Of a stretch of 64,000 nucleotides of DNA, positions 28,306 to 37,126 are shown one piece after another; the stretch's first letter is position 1; each line of letters starts with the position of its first letter. The translations under genes and the position numbers were made by a program. Below the pieces are notes generated by a model, which made no database searches, was not told the DNA's origin, and saw only the letters and a list, made by a program, of their open reading frames with translations. The DNA comes from an uncultured bacterium (GTDB lineage Bacteria; Zixibacteria; MSB-5A5; CAIYYT01), in assembly GCA_903930455.1 (NCBI GenBank), contig CAIYYT010000235.1:771-64770 (forward strand), given 5' to 3'.

Positions 28306-29127
28306 TCAAGTCAGTCGCCAGTCAGTAAGACTTTTGGGGGTTACGTTTACGCGGACATGCCAATCAGCACAGATGAAACCAGTTTTGTTCTTGTTTGGGT
28401 CCAACAGCACAATGCTCGGTGTAACTAGCTTGAGTGCTTCTTTACGCGATCTGGCAGTCCAGAGGTCGAGGGTGTCAAGAAGAAATCCCAAACGCTTGAT
28501 AATCGAGACGTTTTCCATACGGACAGCATAGTCAACCACGGTTTCAAGGTTGGTGTCTTTCCTTCCGTTCCAAATGCCTTTGGCCACCTCGACGATCTCA
28601 CCACAATAGCGGGGCTGGTCGAGACAGTCGGCAATAGTCTTCTCTTTGTCAGCGACGGCAATTTTGCGGGTATCTACCCAATGCTCTGAAAACCCAAAAA
28701 AACGAGATTCTTTTAAGCGAACGAAGCGAATGGCGATTCCCTTAAGTTCTAACGGCAACTTCATTCTCTGCGTAGCAACATAGATCGTGCGTGACGGTTG
28801 TTCCGTCCAGCCGTAGAACTGCAGCGCTGTCCAGTAGCTCACGTAGTAGGGCTTGATCAGCTGGGAGGCGATGATAATACCTTCCTCTGTGTATTCTCCG
28901 GTCTTCCAAGCTGCAGGGGGAATGACCAAGTATTTCGCTTTCTCGATGCGAAGGAGTTTCTGCTTTTCGACAAGCCTATGAACGATCTGTGAGACCGTCT
29001 TGTTGCCAAACCCAAGCAGGCGGGCTGCTTCCTCAACAGAGAAAACCTTCAGCCCACTACTGCCGATGGTTGCGATGAGTTCTGCCTCCTGAGAACCTAT
29101 TCCGGTCATCTTTTTACGATTTATCAT
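28306..29127 (-). CDS. AbiEi-family antitoxin/transcriptional regulator
   Basis: An N-terminal wHTH (FSVEEAARLLGFGNKTVSQIVHRLVEKQKLLRIEKAKYLV) and a C-terminal AbiEi domain, with a 4-bp gap to AbiEii. Start taken at MINRKK. Confidence 0.7.
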   Translation of the reverse strand: MINRKKMTGIGSQEAELIATIGSSGLKVFSVEEAARLLGFGNKTVSQIVHRLVEKQKLLRIEKAKYLVIPPAAWKTGEYTEEGIIIASQLIKPYYVSYWTALQFYGWTEQPSRTIYVATQRMKLPLELKGIAIRFVRLKESRFFGFSEHWVDTRKIAVADKEKTIADCLDQPRYCGEIVEVAKGIWNGRKDTNLETVVDYAVRMENVSIIKRLGFLLDTLDLWTARSRKEALKLVTPSIVLLDPNKNKTGFICADWHVRVNVTPKSLTDWRLT

Positions 29128-29818
29128 TATTGCCTCAACGACAACAATCATAAACCGATGAAATCTGGTTGTCAAGTATAATTTGCCACAGAAAGAGGGC
29201 TTGAAATCAGAAGACTCCAAGCCCTTGCAAAAAACTTCGCCTTTCCCTGATTTGGTTTTGAAAAGGGCTGATTTGGCTGCGCCTTCAGCTGAGCAGTACA
29301 CCGGCCCCGCGCTCCAGGTCCACACGCCAGTTAGCTACAAGCAGAGTGCAGGAGTACGGAGTTAAGGGCTGCCCAGTGCGTGAATACCTCCTCGCCTTCC
29401 CGGAGTCCGGTGTTCCAGACAGCTTCGATTTTGTTTCCGGCCCAGAGACAATCATCAAGTTAGCCGTTCTCATCGACTCGGGCCACGGGATAATCCGAAT
29501 AGCGACCTCCAATGGTGATTTAAGCAAGTCAGTTACCACTCTTAGTGCGAAAACCGTCTGTCCCTCAAGTCTCCTCCGGAAGGGATTAACAAATTCTGGA
29601 AAGATGCAAACAGACTGAAGAACATTCCTCCAATTTCTGAAGAAATCAAGACCAGAAAATGATTGCCACTACTCAATCCATCTCTTAGTTTTCGGCACAC
29701 TTCGTCCGACTTGAATTGACGACGTACAGACCATGAAGGGGGAGATGAGTTCAGTAGAACGTGCTGCGAAATTGAAACAGGAGAGACAAGTTTACTGTAT
29801 ACTCTAGGAGAGGTAGGG

Positions 29819-31552
29819 ATGCTAGAACAGATAAGACAAGAAATTGTGAACGATCCATACTATCAACAGAACTTTGCCAACGATGGAGAGCGGTTCGTTG
29901 CATGGTATTTGAGACGTGTGCTACTCAGAGATGCAATCGCTACGCGCGACGACATCACTGATGGACAGAACGATAAGCAGATGGACGCCGTCATTGTCGA
30001 CGACGAGGATCGGAAAATCCTGATAATTCAGGGCAAATTCATCACCTCCAATCAGGTAGATTCCGAGCCACTCCGGGAGATCTTAGGAGCTTGGGTTCGT
30101 CTGCAGGACCTGCACTCGCTGCAGCAAGACTGCAACGAGAAACTGAAACTCAAACTTGAGGCAGTTCGTAAGGCACTTGATGATGAATACCGAGTCGAGT
30201 TTGTACTCTTGACGACTGGAACACTCACAGACGCTGCGAAGGCTGATTTGAAAGTGTTCGGAGACAAACTTGAAGATTTCGAGGAACTCTCAGCAAGCCT
30301 CCAGCTAGTTGATACGGAGGTTCTCGAAACGCAGCTAGCTGAAGCGGAAGCACAAGAACTGCCTTCGCTTGAACACGTTCTGACTACAGACCCCCAAAAG
30401 ACACTGGTCACGGAGCTTCAGGGGACCAAGACGATAGTAACAATCCTCCCACTTAAGGAGTGCCTGCGCATTCCTGGAATCACGGACGGCCGCTTATTTC
30501 GCAAGAATGTCCGGCAGTCACTTGGCGCGAACAATAGAGTCAACAAGTCGCTCCGAGCGACCATAAACGGCGAACGAGTTCGTGACTTCTTCTATTACCA
30601 CAACGGGATCACGGCAATCTGCGATTCTGCCATTTATTCACCTGAAAGTGGTACCCTCACCGTCAAGGGACTAAGCGTTGTAAATGGCTGCCAATCGCTT
30701 TCCACAATTTACTCCGTATCTGAACGAGTTCGGGCAACCGAGGCGAAAGATGCTCACATACTCTTCCGTTTCTATGAGATTCCGGATCGGGCGCTCGCTG
30801 ACCGAATCAGTATCAATACGAATTCACAAAGTGCAGTTAAGCCACGGGATCTTCGTAGTAATGACAAGGTCATGATGGGTCTGAAGCGAGCATTCGAAAC
30901 GCGCTATGCTGATGGCTTCTTCATGACGAAGCGGGGCGAGGAACGACCAGCGGACAAAGACGCTCAGAAATCGGTTGACGTAGCAGTGTTGGCCAAAATG
31001 CTGATGGCTTGGCATTGTCAACGGCCAAACATTTCTTACAACGAGAAGAAGTTGTTCGATGAGTATTACAAGACACTCTTTCACACCGGCTATAACCCTG
31101 CTTCGATTTTGGCTCTTCTGACCTGGCTAAACGCTATCGACAACGCGTGGCCGAATCTAGCTCTCAATGATGTGTTAAAAGCCGGGCGGTCGAACGTAAA
31201 ATTCCACGTGCTTTTCTCCGTCTCGTCTATTTTCGCGGCAGTGAACAAGCAGCCCATGCTCGTTGTGGACCCAAGCTCTACGATGATGGCAGCGGAGAAT
31301 CCGAGTGATGTCTTGCCCTTAGCAGCAAACTGCGTTGAGAACGCTCTTCAGAGCGCTCTCAACCAAGCGCAAATGAGTGGCAAGGTGTTTAGTCCTCAGA
31401 ACTGGTTGAAGAGTAACGCAAGTGTCCAAGGAGAAACTCTGGTTGCCGGTACAGTGGCTGGCTTGCTTCACAGCTTCCCCAACGGGAAGGCTTTGATGGA
31501 ACTCCTTCAAGTTCCTGCCGCGGCAATGTCAAACCGGTGGTCGGCAGACTAG
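29819..31552 (+). CDS. AIPR-family abortive infection protein
   Basis: FYYHNGITAICDSAIYSPESGTLTVKGLSVVNGCQS matches the AIPR INGxQT core. ~577 aa is typical. Confidence 0.7.
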   Translation: MLEQIRQEIVNDPYYQQNFANDGERFVAWYLRRVLLRDAIATRDDITDGQNDKQMDAVIVDDEDRKILIIQGKFITSNQVDSEPLREILGAWVRLQDLHSLQQDCNEKLKLKLEAVRKALDDEYRVEFVLLTTGTLTDAAKADLKVFGDKLEDFEELSASLQLVDTEVLETQLAEAEAQELPSLEHVLTTDPQKTLVTELQGTKTIVTILPLKECLRIPGITDGRLFRKNVRQSLGANNRVNKSLRATINGERVRDFFYYHNGITAICDSAIYSPESGTLTVKGLSVVNGCQSLSTIYSVSERVRATEAKDAHILFRFYEIPDRALADRISINTNSQSAVKPRDLRSNDKVMMGLKRAFETRYADGFFMTKRGEERPADKDAQKSVDVAVLAKMLMAWHCQRPNISYNEKKLFDEYYKTLFHTGYNPASILALLTWLNAIDNAWPNLALNDVLKAGRSNVKFHVLFSVSSIFAAVNKQPMLVVDPSSTMMAAENPSDVLPLAANCVENALQSALNQAQMSGKVFSPQNWLKSNASVQGETLVAGTVAGLLHSFPNGKALMELLQVPAAAMSNRWSAD

Positions 31553-32070
31553 GCAGAGAGGAGTGTCAGTTTGGAACGGTATTCCGCGCCCGGTAGATGT
31601 GGATAAACGTCACCTGTCAGGTCCGGGTACAGAAAATGAAGCATATTCTGGTTGGGATGATTTCAATTGATTGTGAAAGGGCAACTGCAAGCGGTCGGAC
31701 AAACGCGTCTACAATTGTGGACTGTAGAGGAAGGAAGAATTCTCTCAATTGCCGAACTCGACCATGAGTGTAGATAACCTGTAGGCTAGCACAGGATATT
31801 GAATGCTATTCTGGGAGAAGGGTTAGGAGCGAGTTTTGATAGGTTTGCTTGACATTCCAAAGGGTGGGTCGAGGAACTGGACTTGAGAATGAGGGAAAAG
31901 CTACTCATCCAGGCAACTAAGTATTGAAGGTTACAGGGTTGGAATGGTAATGCCTCTCCTTTTCCACGGCGCTAAACCATACAGAACAAATTGTTCGCAG
32001 ATGGTACTACTGTGGAGAATCTTCAGTGCCTGAACGGCATTCACATACCGACTCTACGTTCTGTTTGTTC

Positions 32071-33972
32071 CTATTTTAGAAGGATCATCTTCTTTGAATC
32101 AATCAAGGTCTTGTTTACGGTGAGTCTACAGATGTAAACTCCGCTCGAGACGTCGTGCCCGTTTCTATCACAGCCGTTCCAATTGACATAATGAGAACCG
32201 GCCAATTGCCTCTGCTGAATCAACGCTACCACTGTCTGCCCTGCAAGATTATAGACTGAGATATCAATGTGAGCATTCGTTCGTAGCTGATAGCTTATCA
32301 TCGTTGAGGAGTTAAAAGGATTGGGGTAGTTTTGATTCAGCGAGAAATCGGTAGGGACCGTGCTCTCGTCGTCTGCTACATCTGTTGGCGGTGTCTTAAG
32401 CTCAAGAATGATTTCATCAAGATAGATGGTGGCTCCTTGAGGATTCTGGCTGTAATTTGTAACCCATACGAATCCCCCTATAACCATACTGAGATTTCGG
32501 CCAGTTAGTTCGATGGAGCGCTCTTCCCATTCCTTTTTCAGCGTGATGATGCCGGTAGTGCAAGGTCCGTAAGAGTCGCTGTAGGTCAGATTGGGATCAT
32601 AAATCCCGCCTGTCTTGAATTCAGCTTTTTCCCCTCCATTTTTCCCTCTCACACGAAACTTCAGTTTTACCGAATCGCTCGAACCTATGCACTCAGAAAG
32701 ATCGTAGCCTGGGTAGGCACCCCAGTTATTAACCGGGAACTGCCAATAGATCCCGCCCCATTGTCCAGGAGAAGGCTTGTAGGAAATTCGTATGCAACTG
32801 CTTCCTGCGAAGGGATTTTCCGTGCACAGCTCGTCTATTATGTCAATCGGATTGATGGTTGAATCATTCTCTGTCAAAGTCGCAAGTTCACCCATCCAAC
32901 CACTAGAGAAGAAGCTATTCGAAGAATCGCACCCATCATGATAGACATACAATGGGAAGCATGCCTTTGTAGGCTTGACTACTCTAGGTTGTCTGCTCAT
33001 GCCATTCTGCGCTTCATCCGGAATAAGATCCTTCAGAAGAGGTTTCGGTGACCCACTTGAGTAATATAAACCCCAATGCGGTCCAGTCTCGCCTTCGAGT
33101 TTGCTTTTCCATTTCTCGTCGAAAGCCCCAAAATAGAAGTAGCCGATGTGGTTGCTACTAGCCATCGAGACAAAATCAGAAAGATATCGTTTCTGATTCT
33201 CTTCGCTTGGAATTGCATTACCAAGAATTTTGCCCTGCGATGGCCAACCAGCTTCACCAATGACCAGAGTCTTATCTGGATATCGTGTCCTTAGTGCATT
33301 CCATTTCTCCAATACATAGTTTGCGCCCTGTTCGACTGTAGTTCCAACCCAATAGGGGTAAATGTGAACAAATAGGACATCAACAGCTTGTGCCAGTGCT
33401 GGGTGTTCAAGCCAGACATCCCAGGTCTCGGCTGAGGCAACAGGTAAGCTTGTTGAGTCTCTTACTCTTGATATGAACTCAATTAGTCCTTGTTCGGATA
33501 TATCTTTTCTAAGTAGAACTTCATTCCCGACGATCAAACCTTTCACGTGGGTTAGGTTCGACTTTGCTATTCGAATTAAGTTCTTCATCTGTCGTTCGTT
33601 CTCACACACATCAATTGAAATCCAGGCTCCTGGGTAACAATCAATCCCGAGCTGTTCACACAGAAAAGGTATCTGCTCCAAATTACCTGTAACCCCATAC
33701 GTGCGGATCGAATTTGTCAGATTCTTGATAAACGCGATGTCTTCTGAAAGCTCGCCAATTGTAGGCGGGATACCAGCATCTGGATTCTCATTGTCCCGAT
33801 ACGGGCTGTAGCATAATCCGGCAAACTTCACTGTATTAGCGTTTGATTCTGATTTCGTTGCGGTTCCCAGCCGCATACTTAAAGGGGTGTCCTCAGGCCT
33901 TGATGACGAGGGACCTCCGAGAAACAACATTGCCGCGGCAAGCAACAATACGGAATGGAATTGGGCTGTCAT
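32071..33972 (-). CDS. Secreted glycoside hydrolase (GH17/GH5-like (beta/alpha)8) with Por/T9SS C-terminal sorting domain
   Basis: Signal peptide MTAQFHSVLLLAAAMLFLG. GLCYSPY...IVGNEVLL are glycosidase-like. The C-terminal NYPNPFNSSTMISYQL...SVYNLAGQTVV...GSHYVNWNG...SGVYICRL is a classic T9SS CTD. Confidence 0.7.
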   Translation of the reverse strand: MTAQFHSVLLLAAAMLFLGGPSSSRPEDTPLSMRLGTATKSESNANTVKFAGLCYSPYRDNENPDAGIPPTIGELSEDIAFIKNLTNSIRTYGVTGNLEQIPFLCEQLGIDCYPGAWISIDVCENERQMKNLIRIAKSNLTHVKGLIVGNEVLLRKDISEQGLIEFISRVRDSTSLPVASAETWDVWLEHPALAQAVDVLFVHIYPYWVGTTVEQGANYVLEKWNALRTRYPDKTLVIGEAGWPSQGKILGNAIPSEENQKRYLSDFVSMASSNHIGYFYFGAFDEKWKSKLEGETGPHWGLYYSSGSPKPLLKDLIPDEAQNGMSRQPRVVKPTKACFPLYVYHDGCDSSNSFFSSGWMGELATLTENDSTINPIDIIDELCTENPFAGSSCIRISYKPSPGQWGGIYWQFPVNNWGAYPGYDLSECIGSSDSVKLKFRVRGKNGGEKAEFKTGGIYDPNLTYSDSYGPCTTGIITLKKEWEERSIELTGRNLSMVIGGFVWVTNYSQNPQGATIYLDEIILELKTPPTDVADDESTVPTDFSLNQNYPNPFNSSTMISYQLRTNAHIDISVYNLAGQTVVALIQQRQLAGSHYVNWNGCDRNGHDVSSGVYICRLTVNKTLIDSKKMILLK

Positions 33973-34019
33973 CGTTTCCTCCTTGTCTTGATACGCAAGC
34001 GTATAAACGCGAATCACTT

Positions 34020-35159
34020 TCAAATTAAGCATGTCATGTTTAGCCTAATCAAAAAGAGCCATCTATCTTCTGATTCAAGAGACAGTGGAACCTTGAGACT
34101 CTCCTGATAAACCGTGTACACCAACATGAACTGAATTCCAAGTTTGAGATCTTTCACTGCAGTTCTTTCGAAGTCGATGCCACCGAACCATTCTATTTCC
34201 TTTAGCTCTCCCAGATCACGAGCCTGTTGGACTTGTCGTTCACCGAACCTATCCCAGCCTTGTTCTGATTGAAGGTCGATTCTCTGGGGAAGTATTGTGT
34301 TCGTGCCCAGAACGATTCGAGAGATGATTTCTTTGTTCTCTCCAAAGTATAAGGCCGGATAAGTCAGAAAAATCGGCAGACTAAAACTACTTCTGTCCAA
34401 GAACTGCTTCTTTCTTGATTCCACTGAATAGTAAATCATAGCTTTCCCGAAATACTCAGGGCGGATATAGTCCTTTCTAAAGTAATTCTGGCCCTCAACC
34501 TTTTCGGAGTGCCGAATCGAGGAGGTTCTGACGGCGACATTTATGATTCCCCAGAAAGAAATGAAGATGTCAATATTTGCCCTATACCCTACTTCAATAC
34601 GTACAGCGTTCTCGTGAACTAGATAATTATCCAGCACATTCGGTGGCAGGATTTCGGTCGAGCGATCTCTGAGGTCATCCGGGTGTGGGGGAACGGTTCT
34701 TATATCACTGGGCACATTTCCCAGGAGTACATGATCACTTCCCTCGACCCCGAACCCCAGTCCCAGACCTATGGCATACCCTCTTCTACCTTTGATATAG
34801 TCGTTTAGCTGCAGAAAGCCCCACTTGGGACAGTACATCACAAATTCAGTGTAGTTCGAAGAGACAAGCGTATCCTTGGTTGTGTAGCCGCGCGAACCGT
34901 TCTTCATGCGATAACCGACAAGTACACCGGTGATCGAGATTTCTCTGCCAACTCCAATGTCCTTCATTTCGAAGTACACTCTGCCATCGTCATCAGTCAA
35001 ACGAGGGGCGAATTCCCACCCTGCAATCGTGACTTTTACATCTCTCAAGGGTTGCTGCTTATCGTCAATAGCTCTGATTATCAGGAGGCTTTGACCGAAA
35101 CAGTTGGGGAAACTCCAACATATGATGCAGATTAGCGCAGCCAGACCAACGCGTTTCAT
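34020..35159 (-). CDS. Secreted/outer-membrane protein with N-terminal carboxypeptidase-regulatory-like domain
   Basis: Signal peptide, then VKVTIAGWEF...TDDDGRVYFE (CarbopepD_reg-like), then a beta-rich region. Confidence 0.5.
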   Translation of the reverse strand: MKRVGLAALICIICWSFPNCFGQSLLIIRAIDDKQQPLRDVKVTIAGWEFAPRLTDDDGRVYFEMKDIGVGREISITGVLVGYRMKNGSRGYTTKDTLVSSNYTEFVMYCPKWGFLQLNDYIKGRRGYAIGLGLGFGVEGSDHVLLGNVPSDIRTVPPHPDDLRDRSTEILPPNVLDNYLVHENAVRIEVGYRANIDIFISFWGIINVAVRTSSIRHSEKVEGQNYFRKDYIRPEYFGKAMIYYSVESRKKQFLDRSSFSLPIFLTYPALYFGENKEIISRIVLGTNTILPQRIDLQSEQGWDRFGERQVQQARDLGELKEIEWFGGIDFERTAVKDLKLGIQFMLVYTVYQESLKVPLSLESEDRWLFLIRLNMTCLI

Positions 35160-35160
35160 C

Positions 35161-35961
35161 CTATTCGCCCTTTTCTAATACTTGCTCAATGTTAAAGTTG
35201 GGTGGTCTTAAGGAACTACTACTTTCCTTATATCCAGGTTTCGTGAAAATCAATTTCACAACAGAACCAGCGTCTGCCGGAACTCTGAGTTTGAAGTTGC
35301 CGTATGCGTCTGATGTGTCTCTGACGGAACCGTCAAGGATCGAAACCAGCACTCCCTCAAGTGGAAATGTACTTCCATCTGCACGGGCTGTAATGCGGCC
35401 TGATAATATCGATAAATCGGGAACTTCTCTTATTTGCTTCTTCTCAGTTTCCGCCCGTTCTAAACTAGTCTCGAGGGTCACCTTCTGTGATGTCAATTCA
35501 TCAATTCGTTTCTGATCTATCTGTGCGTTTGCTCGCTCCTTTTCGAGTGCTAAGTGAATTGATTCAAGCTCGGCCGTGATAACCCTAATCACCGAATCCT
35601 GTTGAGTGGCTATTGTCTTAATTTTGGCACGAAGCAGAGCCTCTTGCTCTTTAGCTAAAGCTTCTCGATTTTTGGCTTCCGCCAGCAGAGACTCCGCTTT
35701 GGCTCTTTCAATAAGTGCCTCCTCCTTCTGGGCCGCTGCCAGTCTTATGTTAATTTCTGCTAGAGGCACGAGCACACTTATCGCCCAAGCCACAATCAGT
35801 GCCGTTGCAACCAAAAGAGCTATGGTCCTAGTCCACGCATCATACCATCTCTGTCTTACCCGTTTCTCAATTTCGAGGCGTTCTACTTCAAGTTTTCTAA
35901 TCTCGCCTTGTATCCGTTCCCGCTCCAGTTCTTCAAGAGTTTTGTCGTTTCGCTCTGCCAT
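35161..35961 (-). CDS. Membrane-anchored coiled-coil protein with C-terminal carboxypeptidase-regulatory-like domain
   Basis: One TM helix (IALLVATALIVAWAISVLVPLA), a long E/A/K-rich coiled-coil, and a C-terminal ITARADGSTFPLEGVLVSILDGSVRDTSDAYGNFKL. Confidence 0.5.
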   Translation of the reverse strand: MAERNDKTLEELERERIQGEIRKLEVERLEIEKRVRQRWYDAWTRTIALLVATALIVAWAISVLVPLAEINIRLAAAQKEEALIERAKAESLLAEAKNREALAKEQEALLRAKIKTIATQQDSVIRVITAELESIHLALEKERANAQIDQKRIDELTSQKVTLETSLERAETEKKQIREVPDLSILSGRITARADGSTFPLEGVLVSILDGSVRDTSDAYGNFKLRVPADAGSVVKLIFTKPGYKESSSSLRPPNFNIEQVLEKGE

Positions 35962-36510
35962 TTTTCTCGCTCCACTCTAACACAAGAGAAACAACTGTCC
36001 CTGTTTCTCGCGCTGTCGCAAATCCCTGCTGACTGCAACTAGGTAGGTCAAGCTCCAAGTGTCTGTGAATTGCTTTACGTCAAGGTGTCGTGCCCAAAAC
36101 GGACTTGACTTGCGTCGCCAAACCAGATTGGACAGCTTGTAATGAAATTTAAGAAACAGCAGGGCTGTAGTCAATCTTTTTCTGAAAGTATGATGTATCA
36201 AAAACAGCATAGAGGATATTAGCTATGACAGCTTATCGACTCCACGATTGACATACACCTCTCGCTAACATTTTGCTAACAGACTTAGCTAAAATACCAT
36301 GAAATAGGGGACAACACCGGACAAATCGGACTTGCGTAAGCTCTTGGCGCTGTTACAGTTTGTTGTCCGGTGCTGCCTACTGGTTGGGCGGCAGGACAGG
36401 CGCATGACCCGAAGGTTTGCTTCTTGTCGCAGACAAGCATCATAATTTCACCGCAGAATGACCGAGACTAGGAAATGTGTCCGGAAGGATTGAGTCCTTA
36501 ATCTCGCCAT

Positions 36511-36540
36511 ATAAAAAACCAGTCGACTGTTGTCGACTGG
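36511..36540 (-). terminator. Rho-independent terminator downstream of 36554-37126
   Basis: 9-bp stem CCAGTCGAC/GTCGACTGG with a 4-nt loop, adjacent to an A6 run (U-tract on the minus strand). Confidence 0.6.
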
Positions 36541-36553
36541 CTGTGAATGTTCG

Positions 36554-37126
36554 TTACCCGGCATCTACTCCGAGCATATGTAGTTTGATTTGTGTTTCTC
36601 TACTTCTCCTTTCTTCGAACGTAGTGTAGGTTTCCTGTTTGTGTTTCCAAGGTGGTGACCATTTCTCTTCGTCATGCCCGAGAAGGAAGCTCTCAGGGTT
36701 CACAACGTCTGCTATAGCGATTAATCCTTCAATCCGCCCTGACATGACTGCAGTTACTGCTGTTTGTGGAAATCTGAAGGATTCTCCTAATTGCTCCTTT
36801 TTCAGCCACTCAACCAGGTTGTGGATTAAACTTGGAGCCCAGAAGATCTCTAACCCGCAAACATTGTATACCTGATGGGCAGTTGAGATAATCGCCTGCC
36901 CGCCTGAGACAGTGAGCACGCTGAAAGGCATGTCTTGTTCATGGTACTCAGAGATGAAATCTTTGACGTCGACTGGCTCGTCCGTAGCAAAGTAGGCCTT
37001 CAGAATCTCCTTACATCGCGGGCAAATGAAGCCCGAAAGCAGAGGACGGCGTAATTCACTCTGTTGGTTACCATTGTCCCTGAATACTATTTCTCTTCCT
37101 TCAATTCGCATGCTCACTTTCCACAC
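36554..37126 (-). CDS. Hypothetical protein (190 aa), co-transcribed with the methyltransferase-helicase
   Basis: ORF overlapping the stop of the upstream gene by 13 nt. C-x2-C (CPRC) is present. No family recognised. Confidence 0.45.
   Translation of the reverse strand: MWKVSMRIEGREIVFRDNGNQQSELRRPLLSGFICPRCKEILKAYFATDEPVDVKDFISEYHEQDMPFSVLTVSGGQAIISTAHQVYNVCGLEIFWAPSLIHNLVEWLKKEQLGESFRFPQTAVTAVMSGRIEGLIAIADVVNPESFLLGHDEEKWSPPWKHKQETYTTFEERRSRETQIKLHMLGVDAG

Noticed and set aside
29771-29802. Possible sigma70 promoter TTGAAA ... TATACT upstream of the AIPR gene
   Set aside because: The spacer between the hexamers is 20 nt, outside the 16-19 nt functional range. A Bacteroidetes-type TTTG/TAnnTTTG pair is also absent. 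Not reported as a feature.
30052-30411. Ser-rich 119-aa minus-strand ORF inside the AIPR gene
   Set aside because: Low-complexity antisense frame. The AIPR reading frame has the conserved core motif.
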